Assembly: GCA_002504905.1 (NCBI GenBank)
Contig: DATY01000006.1
Coordinates: forward strand, 36,370 to 100,369
Length of the DNA stretch: 64,000 nt
Reading direction: 5' to 3'
Origin: Euryarchaeota archaeon UBA605
Lineage (GTDB): Archaea; Thermoplasmatota; Poseidoniia; Poseidoniales; Thalassarchaeaceae
A program made the position numbers and the translations under genes. This document shows, in pieces, positions 1-9,723 of the stretch. Under the pieces are notes generated by a model. It was not told where the DNA came from. It worked only from the letters and a program-made list of their open reading frames with translations, and did no database searches. The number at the start of each line of letters is the position of its first letter. The stretch's first letter is position 1.

Positions 1-161
1 TCTCCATCAAAATTATCGCTAGAGATTGCAGATTTTACTGCAATACTTGCAGCTCTAGTCAAACCTTTTGTAGAATTATTTGGTGCCTTTTCAATTCCTT
101 GAAAAAGTGGGATAATCATGATATTTCCGGTCTCTAAATAACCACTAACTGATACATTCAT
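1..161 (-). CDS. Partial CDS (5' end; runs off the window), possibly leucyl aminopeptidase N-terminus
   Basis: Manual translation from ATG at 161 gives MNVSVSGYLETGNIMIIPLFQGIEKAPNNSTKGLTRAASIAVKSAISSDNFDG, open to the window edge. The product guess rests only on weak resemblance. Confidence 0.5.
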   Translation of the reverse strand, partial: MNVSVSGYLETGNIMIIPLFQGIEKAPNNSTKGLTRAASIAVKSAISSDNFDG

Positions 162-272
162 GTCATTACGATTATATTCAATTATACAAATAATTGTTTC
201 TCAAAGTTTCAATTTCAGTTTATTTTATACAATCAATAATAATAATTACATGATTAAATAGATTTTTTTAAA

Positions 273-1202
273 TTAATTATTTCTTAAATTCGATATATGA
301 CATGCAATAATTTTCGTAGCAATCAATGCAGCCGAGAACTCTGTTAAGTTGGTGTTATTAGAAGTTGATATTTCATTGATATCTGCACCTATAACTTGTG
401 ATTTTTTACCATTAAATAATTCTTGTATTATCTGATTGGCTCCCCAGAATGACAATCCTCCTGGGACCGGGGTTCCAGTTGCTGGAACTAAAATTCCATC
501 CAATCCATCTATATCGAAACTTAACCATATTGGGCCTGATAGATTTTTGATTTGATTAATCATTTTATTCCAATCAGAAATTTTTGAATCTATACTGATT
601 AGATCTTTTGCAAACCATGTTTTAATCCTATTATCAGTTTCAATTATTTCTTTTTCTTCTGAACTGTAGGCTCTAACACCTATCTGAATTATTTTTCCTA
701 CTCCTTCATCTAAAGTTCTTCTAATTACTGTTCCATGAGAAAATTTTTCTCCATTTAATTTATCCCTTAGATCCGCATGTGCATCAATTTGTACAATCGT
801 CAATTGATTTAGATTCCCCTCAATTATAGGATGTTTGTTGAGAGATCTAATAATTGGTAGTAGCATACCATGTTCCCCCCCTAAGAATATTGGGAATTGC
901 TTTCCATCAACCCATTTCGAAGAGAATTCTTCTATACTCTCTAGAGCCTCTGAGAGGCTTGGAACGTCATTATTCCAAGATTCTGAGGTAAATAATTTGA
1001 AACCACAGGGTAAATCTTCGTCTAATAAATCATCAAATAATTCTACCTGTGAACTGGCGCTAATACATGCCTTTGGTCCGAATTCTGTTCCTTCCCTGTA
1101 GCTTGTAGTCATTTCATAAGGTATGGGTAAAATCACGATATCATAGGGGCCATTTTCATTTTCTTCAAGTCCAAAGAAAGTCATCTTCCCAGACTCATCC
1201 AT
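273..1202 (-). CDS. speB: Agmatinase / arginase-family ureohydrolase
   Basis: Motifs PYEMTTSYREGTEFGP, LGGEH, DAHAD, SFDIDGLD and GTPVPGG. Start moved to ATG 1202 because the longer ORF overlaps the divergent gene. Confidence 0.9.
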   Translation of the reverse strand: MDESGKMTFFGLEENENGPYDIVILPIPYEMTTSYREGTEFGPKACISASSQVELFDDLLDEDLPCGFKLFTSESWNNDVPSLSEALESIEEFSSKWVDGKQFPIFLGGEHGMLLPIIRSLNKHPIIEGNLNQLTIVQIDAHADLRDKLNGEKFSHGTVIRRTLDEGVGKIIQIGVRAYSSEEKEIIETDNRIKTWFAKDLISIDSKISDWNKMINQIKNLSGPIWLSFDIDGLDGILVPATGTPVPGGLSFWGANQIIQELFNGKKSQVIGADINEISTSNNTNLTEFSAALIATKIIACHISNLRNN

Positions 1203-1322
1203 GATGATTACGGCGGGTGTCTCTCGATTAATGGCTTCGGGATTGAAATTTAATCTGTAATGTTGATAAAGTATGGTTGATAAGTCAAACCCACTCATGG
1301 AATCCATAATGGAGTCGGTGAT

Positions 1323-1739
1323 ATGGGATTGACACTTGCTCAATTAACTCAGGCTATACGTCGTAAAGTTGACGAAGATATGGAAACAGTTGTTGCGGAA
1401 GGTATCGCCGAGCATGCTCTGGGATTTTTTGGTTTCTCAAATCGAATTATTGATAATGCATTAGAACCAAACGATCGTAACCTCTTCTATCAACTACAAG
1501 ATTATGATTTGTTGACTACTGAATCAGAAGAGACTACATTATGGGATGGAAGAGAATGGAGAATCCATTATTGGAAATTTAAGTCTTCGGCTGAAGCATT
1601 CGCTTTAGCTGCAATGGAGATGAGAAATAAAAAGGTCGAAGATGAAGACCCTTACGCAGGAATATATGATGATATGCCTGCAAATCTTTGGAAAGAGAGA
1701 TCTGGAGAAGAAGATGATTGGGAAGAACCATTATTCTAG
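1323..1739 (+). CDS. Conserved small acidic hypothetical protein (DUF6015-like, Thermoplasmatota)
   Basis: 138-aa ORF with FFGFSNRIIDNALEPNDRNLFYQLQD...EETTLWDGREWRIHYW, followed by T-tracts. Confidence 0.7.
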   Translation: MGLTLAQLTQAIRRKVDEDMETVVAEGIAEHALGFFGFSNRIIDNALEPNDRNLFYQLQDYDLLTTESEETTLWDGREWRIHYWKFKSSAEAFALAAMEMRNKKVEDEDPYAGIYDDMPANLWKERSGEEDDWEEPLF

Positions 1740-1760
1740 TATATTTTTTTATTTTTTTAT
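1740..1760 (+). terminator. Oligo-T terminator
   Basis: Two T runs (ttttttt-a-ttttttt) immediately after the stop at 1739. Confidence 0.5.
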
Positions 1761-1811
1761 AAAATATCATTCACCCCTAAGTTTCAAAAGCATTATCTTC
1801 TAGACTTTATC

Positions 1812-4800
1812 ATGAAAAGCGTCCAGAAAGTTCTTTTCATTGTTTTTATTTTACTATTCAGTAGTTCTACTTCATTAGTATATGCTGAAGAAAATCAATC
1901 CATAGAATGTGAAATTCTTGCAGATTGGGGGGCAGATTATATCCCAAAGATAGATATCGAAGGAAATTTTTCGACATTTGAATCAATTATCATTCATCGT
2001 TATGTAGTTTCTTTTTCCCCCTCTTACGTTAATGGTTCATCTCCTCATTTAGTTGATACTTCAATAAGTCATTTTCGAGGAGATAACCTTATTGGTGATA
2101 CTTTCAACTCTAATATAATTGAAGCAGGTGGAGAAATTGATATTATTCTACCAGAAGAACCTGTTTTCATGGATGAAATTGAGATATCGGTTGAAACCTT
2201 AGAAGCATCATGTAGTCGTTCCATCAGTGTTACAAATTGGAATCAGCCAATAGCAGATCATGAAGTAACTAGTAACAGAACATGGCAGAATAATATTTTA
2301 GGCGATTCTGAAGTTAGTTCTAACCTAATTTTTGAGGGTAGAGGTTGGCAGCAAAGAATAGGCGCAAGTCTGACCTCAAATGAATTAGGTTCAGGAAGTT
2401 TTGAGTTATCAAATTTTGATAATATGGATATAGAGCTTGATTTACATAAGGTTTGGCTAAATCAAACATACTATGATGAAGAATTACTAGCGCAGGAATT
2501 TGAAATGCGTGGAGAGGGGAATTTATTCACTGTTCAGGATGGTTTAGATATTTCAGTTAATGTAACAGAGGCGTTTTATAATCGTACAGTATTACAAGAT
2601 AGTTATACTGAACATTTACTAGTTGATGGCTATGGAATGATACACCTATTAGATAGATCAGAAAATGATAGTATATCTATATCGGGAGATATTTCTTCTT
2701 TCTATTTTGAATCATTAGATTCAGATGGTTTAAGAGAATATCAGAACATTAATTTAGAAGCAGATGCTACAAGTTTTATTGATTTTGCAGATGGTAATAT
2801 TGATCTTGAGTTGGAAGAATTTAGATACAAAGATTTGTGGATACATGGAGTTCAAGAAGAACATCTCTTGAAGTATATTGGCAATGCTGAATTTAATGCT
2901 ATTATCTCAGATGAAGCACCTTACATTTATACAAATGGTACGGTTGACAGTTTACATTTCGAAGATAGAAATGGATTAATACTCTATGACACTTTAAGAC
3001 TTGATGGCACATATGATGGCGATTTTTCAGGTTCATTTGGGATAATAAGATTGATCGAAGATAAGGCAATACAGAAGAATTTTTCAGGATCAAATTTTGA
3101 GGTAAATAAAATTAGAAATGAGAATTGGCTTAATGTTTCTGGAGGATTTATAATTGTAGATGAAGAGATTAATGCAGAACATAATCTTACATATGAGTAT
3201 ACGGTACCTCAATCTTATTGGGAAAATCCAGTTGTTAGGTATCAGTATATCGAAGATAATGGATCTAGTTCAGATGATTTTCCAGAAAATTCCCCAATAC
3301 CGATAGATCCAGAAAGACCATCTTCGAGTTCTTTCGAGTCGTCACCCATCACTAAAGAGACAGGAGTTATTCCTGATATTTTAAGATCCGGAGATGAGAT
3401 AATTTTATCGAGAAATATAGATCTTGTTCTATCCATTGTTGTCCAAGATATTAGGGAAGTGAATATAGACGGTCATAATGTCGATGTGATTGATTGGATA
3501 GGAAATTATGGCAATAACACTTCTGCATCTGGTAGTGTGATTAATGAGGGCTTATTGGCTGGATTATTTCACCAAATCAATCGTTCAATCAGTTTACCTT
3601 TAGCTGAGAGTGAGGTCAATTTCCATGAGACTCAGAGCTTAGATAAAATTCGCTCACCATCAATTATTACTGCAGAAGAAAATACTCCCCCAATATTAGA
3701 AAAAGTAGAATTTAGAGAGGGTTTTTTGTACGCTGAAGGTGGACAAGCTCATCTTGAAGTTTCAGTAGATGATATTGATAATGATATTATTTCTTTACAT
3801 GTCAACCTATCAGAATTTGGACTAGGGATCATAGAACTATCAGACAAGGGATTGTTTGGAGATAGTGTAATTCACGATGATGTTTGGACATCATTAGTAA
3901 TAGCAGATGGATTAAATTTTGGCAATAAAACAGTTGAAATCGAAATAACTGATATTTGGGAATCTGTACTATTCACCACAAGTATTATCATTCTTAATCC
4001 AGCTCCTGTAATGTCATCTATTGATTTCTCACCCAGTGTTGTGAAACGTGGAGATTTGGTGGATGTTTCTATATTGGCAGAAGATGGTCACGGCGTAAGT
4101 TCTGTTTCTTTAGAATTAACGAGTGCTGGCGGAGAGTCAATATCTCTTTCATTAATTGATACAAAATGGGTTGGTCAATTTCAAGTTCCATATATCATCA
4201 CTCCGGGTGAAAGATTGGTCCCGATTAGATTGATTGATGGAAATGATTCTTCCAGATTAATAACTAAATCTTTAGTTAATGGAGTAGAAATTATGTCAAT
4301 ATTGACCATCATTAATGAAGCTCCTTCCTTTATCAATTATTCAATCGTCAAAGATAACGAAATATCTGATAGTGTATTAGTCCCTCAATCGGGAGACCCG
4401 ATACCACAAGTATTGGAAATATCTATGTTTGATCCTGATGGCTTATCCTCAGTGCAAGTCAAGATGGGTAGATTAGCCCCGATTGGTGAATCAAATAATT
4501 GGATTCTAATGAAAGATGATGGTTCAGGAGTAGATAGAATCGCTAATGATGGAGTATTTTCATTAGAGATTTTCCCTCGTTCCAGTCTACCAAACGGGGA
4601 GATAGAAGTTTTTGTTAGAGGAACTGATATTTATCTTTCCACCACAGATGTAAATGATCAAAGTTTAGTAATAAAATTAGATAAAATAGAAGAATCAAAT
4701 ACAGGTAATTGGTTTTCAGATAATAGATCTATATTAATTGTAATCGGTTTATTAATCGTTTTATCTTTATCATTTGCAGGTATCTTAATTGTATTACGTA

Positions 4801-4817
4801 ATTCAGACTTCGATTAG
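1812..4817 (+). CDS. Large secreted, C-terminally anchored acidic surface protein with Ig-like / choice-of-anchor-X-like repeats
   Basis: N-terminal signal peptide, C-terminal TM helix, repeated motifs LSDKGLFGDSVIHDDVWT and MKDDGSGVDRIANDGVFS. Confidence 0.75.
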   Translation: MKSVQKVLFIVFILLFSSSTSLVYAEENQSIECEILADWGADYIPKIDIEGNFSTFESIIIHRYVVSFSPSYVNGSSPHLVDTSISHFRGDNLIGDTFNSNIIEAGGEIDIILPEEPVFMDEIEISVETLEASCSRSISVTNWNQPIADHEVTSNRTWQNNILGDSEVSSNLIFEGRGWQQRIGASLTSNELGSGSFELSNFDNMDIELDLHKVWLNQTYYDEELLAQEFEMRGEGNLFTVQDGLDISVNVTEAFYNRTVLQDSYTEHLLVDGYGMIHLLDRSENDSISISGDISSFYFESLDSDGLREYQNINLEADATSFIDFADGNIDLELEEFRYKDLWIHGVQEEHLLKYIGNAEFNAIISDEAPYIYTNGTVDSLHFEDRNGLILYDTLRLDGTYDGDFSGSFGIIRLIEDKAIQKNFSGSNFEVNKIRNENWLNVSGGFIIVDEEINAEHNLTYEYTVPQSYWENPVVRYQYIEDNGSSSDDFPENSPIPIDPERPSSSSFESSPITKETGVIPDILRSGDEIILSRNIDLVLSIVVQDIREVNIDGHNVDVIDWIGNYGNNTSASGSVINEGLLAGLFHQINRSISLPLAESEVNFHETQSLDKIRSPSIITAEENTPPILEKVEFREGFLYAEGGQAHLEVSVDDIDNDIISLHVNLSEFGLGIIELSDKGLFGDSVIHDDVWTSLVIADGLNFGNKTVEIEITDIWESVLFTTSIIILNPAPVMSSIDFSPSVVKRGDLVDVSILAEDGHGVSSVSLELTSAGGESISLSLIDTKWVGQFQVPYIITPGERLVPIRLIDGNDSSRLITKSLVNGVEIMSILTIINEAPSFINYSIVKDNEISDSVLVPQSGDPIPQVLEISMFDPDGLSSVQVKMGRLAPIGESNNWILMKDDGSGVDRIANDGVFSLEIFPRSSLPNGEIEVFVRGTDIYLSTTDVNDQSLVIKLDKIEESNTGNWFSDNRSILIVIGLLIVLSLSFAGILIVLRNSDFD

Positions 4818-4819
4818 TT

Positions 4820-4894
4820 TGGTACGAGTGCCGGGATTTGAACCCGGGTTCAGGCGTTGGCAACGCCCGGTGATAACCACTACACTACACTCGT
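4820..4894 (-). tRNA. tRNA-Gly (GCC), CCA encoded
   Basis: Reverse complement ACGAGTG...GGGCG-TTGCCAA-CGCCT...GGTTCAAATCC...CACTCGT-ACCA forms a cloverleaf. Confidence 0.95.
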
Positions 4895-4941
4895 ATGAAT
4901 ACTGGGAAACCCGAGTCACTTTTCTAAGCGTCGGTCTGAGT

Positions 4942-5301
4942 TTAAGACAAATTTTTTAATAAAGTATGAATTTTGTCTCTAGTATGCCTGTAAAAATCAA
5001 TATCATGTCCCACAGGATCGTCTAATCCCCAGTCTGATGAAATTGGAAGATTTGGGCATTCAACTCCACACCCCATACTAATTATCCTATCATAGCCTAT
5101 CGTTTCAATCATATCTATCGATTTAGGGAATTGATTTTCCATATTAATTCCCAATTCTCTAATCACATTTACAGCATTTTGAGCAATCTTTTCTCCAGGA
5201 TGTGTCCCTGCGGATTGTGCCTCAAATCCCATATTCTTTGCTAGGGCTTCAGCCATTTGACTCCTACAAGTGTTTCCAACACATACAAACAATAGTTTCA
5301 T
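4942..5301 (-). CDS. arsC: LMW protein-tyrosine phosphatase / arsenate reductase ArsC family
   Basis: CVGNTCRSQMAE (CX5R), SAGT, MGCGVECP and WGLDDP motifs. Confidence 0.85.
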   Translation of the reverse strand: MKLLFVCVGNTCRSQMAEALAKNMGFEAQSAGTHPGEKIAQNAVNVIRELGINMENQFPKSIDMIETIGYDRIISMGCGVECPNLPISSDWGLDDPVGHDIDFYRHTRDKIHTLLKNLS

Positions 5302-5410
5302 AATAACCTGATAAGGCTTAATCTTATCAATTAAACTCATATAGATATTACAATTTATGTTGAACTAATTCTCACTAGGGTTGAAGTATTATTTATTACG
5401 CGCAATAATT

Positions 5411-6424
5411 ATGTCAGAACCCCCAATAAGCCATCATGACGGTAAATCTGAACAAAAAGTTGAGAAATCTGAAGCATCAACTGAACAAAAAGCTCAGATG
5501 GAACAAGCATATCAACAAATGCAAAGAAAGTTACGTATCAACAAAATTGACCAAGATATCAAGCATAAAATAATGGTCCTATCAGGTAAAGGAGGAGTTG
5601 GTAAGTCTACAGTTGCTACTGGTTTGGCTCTTTCTCTAGCTAGAATGGGTAAGAAAGTTGGAATTATGGACATCGATATTACTGGACCGAACGTCCCAAA
5701 AATGTTAGGTTTGGAAGGTTCAGAATTACATGTTGAAAATGGTAGAATTCATCCAGCAATCGGATCTCATGGGATTAAAGTGATTTCCATGGCATTTTTA
5801 ATTGAGGATCCAGATAAGCCTGTAATATGGCGCGGACCAATAAAATTAGGTGCAATAAACCAATTTATTGGAGATGTTGAATGGGGAGAACTTGATGCAC
5901 TAATAATTGACTTTCCTCCAGGAACCAGCGATGAACCACTTACTGTCTCTCAAAGTCTTCCTACAATAGATGGAGTTGTTATTGTAACCACTCCCCAAGA
6001 AGTAGCTTTACTAGATAGTAGGAAATCAATTAATTTTGCTAAGACTATTTCGATCCCCGTAATTGGTGTTGTAGAAAACATGAGCGGATATACCATTGAT
6101 GGAGTTACCGAACCTGAAACTCAAGTTTCAGTAAAAGGACCGAGTGGAAATATGATTGAGACAATTTCAGATTCAGAAGGAAAATGGTCTGTTATACTAG
6201 ATGTGTTCAAAAGTGGTGGGGGATCAGATGCAGCAGAAAATCTTTCAGTACCTTTCCTAGGTTCTCTTCCTTTTGACCCCGGAATAGTTAGAGGAGGAGA
6301 TGATGGAGTTCATCGTATTCTAGCAGAACCTGATGGAGCAACTGCGGAGGCTTTTGATAAAATTGTAGAAAAAGTAGTTGAATCATTAGAACTTCCTAGT
6401 AGTCCAACGGTTAGAATATCATGA
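5411..6424 (+). CDS. mrp: Mrp/ApbC/Nbp35-family P-loop ATPase (atypical, no Cys)
   Basis: SGKGGVGKST, DIDITGP, PVIWRGP, DFPPGTSD, TTPQ and VENMSG motifs. Confidence 0.9.
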   Translation: MSEPPISHHDGKSEQKVEKSEASTEQKAQMEQAYQQMQRKLRINKIDQDIKHKIMVLSGKGGVGKSTVATGLALSLARMGKKVGIMDIDITGPNVPKMLGLEGSELHVENGRIHPAIGSHGIKVISMAFLIEDPDKPVIWRGPIKLGAINQFIGDVEWGELDALIIDFPPGTSDEPLTVSQSLPTIDGVVIVTTPQEVALLDSRKSINFAKTISIPVIGVVENMSGYTIDGVTEPETQVSVKGPSGNMIETISDSEGKWSVILDVFKSGGGSDAAENLSVPFLGSLPFDPGIVRGGDDGVHRILAEPDGATAEAFDKIVEKVVESLELPSSPTVRIS

Positions 6425-6486
6425 TTGATTATTTCATAGAAGGGTCAGTTTGATGATGTGTAGTCTTCCCGAGACATATTGATAAT

Positions 6487-8580
6487 ATGGCAGTGGCGAG
6501 TGGAATTTATCTCACTTGGATTACCGGTGCTATAATAATTAGCATATCTCTAATGCCATTCTTTAAACCAGATTATGCCAAAATTCGAATTTCTAGTTTC
6601 ATTGATATGTTCAGAAGATATTGGGCACATATGATTGTAGTTTTTTCTGTCTATCTATGGAAAGATCTACTAGATCAGCTAGATAGAATTATTATGGCAA
6701 ATACTCAATTGGATATGACTCCATATATTTATGCAATTGAGGGTGATATTGTTTGGTGGATACAAGATTCACTGAATAATTCCTTACTATCTTTTACTTT
6801 AACACATTTTTATGTAATGGGTTTTATGGCTGTAACCTTCTCTTCTTTCATTTATCCAATCTTTTTTGATGACAGATATATGGCAGATAGAGTGTCATTG
6901 TCAATGTTTTGGGTTTATATCTTAGCTATTCCATTTTACTTGTTCTTTAATGTTAGAGTGACAGGAAATTATATTCCAGAAATGGAAACTATAGCCTATG
7001 ATTTGACGCCAGAAATTCATAATTGGTTCATACAAATAGATCCATTTACTAATGGTATGCCCAGTTTACATATCGGACTTCCTTTTGCTATTTGGTTAAC
7101 TATGGAAAGATGGGATTCTGATGAAAGATGGTTAAGATATAGAAGATTATTATTACTATTTATCATAATTACTGCATTCACTATACTTTATCTTGGGATC
7201 CATTGGGTTTCAGATATTATTGGTGGGATTATCGTTGCTATGATTGCAGTCGAAATTACCGCCAAAACACATAAACCAATTTGGCAATTTGCTGATGAAA
7301 GATTATTTTCAAGAAGATTGGCTCGTGCAATCGATGATCCAAAGAAATGGTTCTCTGAGTCTTGGATTATTACAAAAAAATTCTTTCATCCAATACAACA
7401 ACCAAGTTCTAGCCAAACAAAAGCTTTCATTGCTTCAGTACTAATTTTGACTAGTGGAGTATTATTGTGGGATGCAACTCATCAAGATTTTCCTATTGAG
7501 GGAGTGAATCCAACAAATTCTGCTGGTTCAGAAGGATGGGTAGTTGGAGTTGAAGAAATTGATGATGGGATAGAAATCAAATTGTGGAATGTAAGCACTC
7601 AGAAAGAAGCGGTTATTGAGGGAAGTAATTGGACATCTCCTCCTAAAATAGAATTATCAAATAATAATCTTATACTATTCGATGAATCAAACCTAGATTT
7701 CTTTCAATTAAATAATTCATCAATCGAAGTGTTTGAACCTATATTTAGTCTAAAAGATGATTACACGTTAGATAGAGTTTCAATAATTGAGAATAACCAA
7801 GGTGAACCTTGTTTAGTCATAGCTAGCAATAACACAATGAAAATTATTAATCTCTTAAGTAATAATTTAATTTCCTCAACTAATATACAAAATCTAACTG
7901 CAATTGAAGGTTCTGGACAACTATTTGCTTCGGCATACAATACAATTAATGGTCCTGTAATTAATGTGACAAACCCTTTTAATCCAGGAGTTGAGATTAA
8001 TATATTGATTGAAAATTTTTCAAATGATCTAAATGATGAATATCTTGAACGGTTGTATGAAATTCCTGTAGATTATAAAAACTCAACAATTATTGATATT
8101 GAAATGGAAGGAAGTCTGGTAGTTGTTTTAGTTCATGTAGGGCCACTTAATCGTTTAATTTTAGTTGATGCTTTAACAGGGAATCAGGAAATGATTTCAA
8201 ATCCTTTATGGCCAACAGAGTCACCCAGTATTGAGGGAAATTATATTGCATTTTTACAAAGACCAATTTATTCACCTACATTAAATTTAGATCCTGAAAA
8301 TTTTAATAGAGATGTATTTATTTGGAACATTGAAGATAATAGTGGTAGTATTCAGATTACTCTTGATGATCTAGACCAAGAGAATCCTCATGTGCTTGAT
8401 AACGGAGTGACTTGGATTGAAATTGATGAAAATGGAGATTCAGAGTTAGTTATCTATTCGCTAGAAAAAACATTTGAGGAGTACTCATCTGTTGTATTAC
8501 AATCCGCAATATTGATGTTAATACCATTATTGTTACTATTATCTCATCAAGTTGCTATCGAGAGAAGGATAAGAAATTAA
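6487..8580 (+). CDS. PAP2 / inositol-phosphorylceramide-synthase-like membrane protein with a large extracellular beta-rich domain
   Basis: Multiple TM helices, NGMPSLH and YLGIHWVSDIIGG catalytic motifs, TolB-like C-terminal repeats and a final TM helix. Confidence 0.75.
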   Translation: MAVASGIYLTWITGAIIISISLMPFFKPDYAKIRISSFIDMFRRYWAHMIVVFSVYLWKDLLDQLDRIIMANTQLDMTPYIYAIEGDIVWWIQDSLNNSLLSFTLTHFYVMGFMAVTFSSFIYPIFFDDRYMADRVSLSMFWVYILAIPFYLFFNVRVTGNYIPEMETIAYDLTPEIHNWFIQIDPFTNGMPSLHIGLPFAIWLTMERWDSDERWLRYRRLLLLFIIITAFTILYLGIHWVSDIIGGIIVAMIAVEITAKTHKPIWQFADERLFSRRLARAIDDPKKWFSESWIITKKFFHPIQQPSSSQTKAFIASVLILTSGVLLWDATHQDFPIEGVNPTNSAGSEGWVVGVEEIDDGIEIKLWNVSTQKEAVIEGSNWTSPPKIELSNNNLILFDESNLDFFQLNNSSIEVFEPIFSLKDDYTLDRVSIIENNQGEPCLVIASNNTMKIINLLSNNLISSTNIQNLTAIEGSGQLFASAYNTINGPVINVTNPFNPGVEINILIENFSNDLNDEYLERLYEIPVDYKNSTIIDIEMEGSLVVVLVHVGPLNRLILVDALTGNQEMISNPLWPTESPSIEGNYIAFLQRPIYSPTLNLDPENFNRDVFIWNIEDNSGSIQITLDDLDQENPHVLDNGVTWIEIDENGDSELVIYSLEKTFEEYSSVVLQSAILMLIPLLLLLSHQVAIERRIRN

Positions 8581-9665
8581 GCTTCAGCATATCTAAACAT
8601 CTCGTCAAGTGAGAATTTGGCTTTTTCAATAACTTCGTCTTCCAAATGAATTATTTGGTCATCTCTTGGATTTCTTAATGATTGAAGAATATCTTCTAGG
8701 AGAGTTGTTTTCATGTGTTTACACATAACGCAGGCCCCAATAATATTCATCTCATCATTAGTTTCTGCCAGTACCCTGTCTGCTGTTCCGCATTCGGTGA
8801 TTAGCATGATGTTATTTTTCCCTTCCTTCCCTAATCTTATTGATTCATTAATTAAGACTTCACTGCTGCCTATGAAATCACTTTCTTCTAAAACATCAGC
8901 CGAACATTCAGGATGACTTAATACTTGAAGATCAATTCCTACCTTATTCGCCCTCTCTCTCCAAGAAAGGATTTTTTCTCCTGAAAATAATGCATGAACT
9001 TCACATTCTCCATCATAAATAATCACTTCTTTCTTTCCATTCAATGATTTTTGTAAGTGCTCACCCATAAATCTATCTGGAACAAAAATTAATTTATCTC
9101 CTGGTAAATTTTCACATATTTTGAGGTAGTTACTACTAGTCACACAAACATCTACTTCCGCTTTTACCTCAGCTGTAGTGTTAATGTAACATGCAACAGG
9201 CACTCCAGGATATTTCCTTCTCAATTTTCTAACATCTTCTGCTGTTATACTTTCCGATAATGAACATCCAGCTTCTGGAGATGGATGTATAACTAATTTG
9301 TTTGGACTTAGTATTTTCGCAGTTTCAGCCATAAATCTAACACTAGAGAAAAGAATGATTTGTTGTTGAGCATCTCTAGCTGATTTCGACAGAGAATAAC
9401 TATCCGAAACTTCATCTGCTACTCCATAGATAATATCTGGAGTTTGATAAGAATGGGCAATTAGATAAACATCTTTTTCCTCTTTTAACTCATTAATCTC
9501 AAGTGTGTAAGGAGCTATTGACTTACAGTGCTCCATTGTCCATCTTTCAGGCTGTTTTATGGCATCAATAAGCCTTCTTGCTTCTTCATCTATAATCTCT
9601 TCAGAATACATCTTTGGAATTACTTTACCTTGACTTTTAGGAGCATTTGGTAAGTCCATAGACAT
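8577..9665 (-). CDS. nadA: Quinolinate synthase
   Basis: AHSYQ, VRFMAETAKILSP, AGCSL, YINT, HPEC and CxMCKHMK motifs. Confidence 0.95.
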   Translation of the reverse strand: MSMDLPNAPKSQGKVIPKMYSEEIIDEEARRLIDAIKQPERWTMEHCKSIAPYTLEINELKEEKDVYLIAHSYQTPDIIYGVADEVSDSYSLSKSARDAQQQIILFSSVRFMAETAKILSPNKLVIHPSPEAGCSLSESITAEDVRKLRRKYPGVPVACYINTTAEVKAEVDVCVTSSNYLKICENLPGDKLIFVPDRFMGEHLQKSLNGKKEVIIYDGECEVHALFSGEKILSWRERANKVGIDLQVLSHPECSADVLEESDFIGSSEVLINESIRLGKEGKNNIMLITECGTADRVLAETNDEMNIIGACVMCKHMKTTLLEDILQSLRNPRDDQIIHLEDEVIEKAKFSLDEMFRYAEA

Positions 9666-9723
9666 GTTAATTCGCTCATTGGTCAGGTTTAACCTCTTTC
9701 AAGGTATGTCATCTCCGCTGCAC

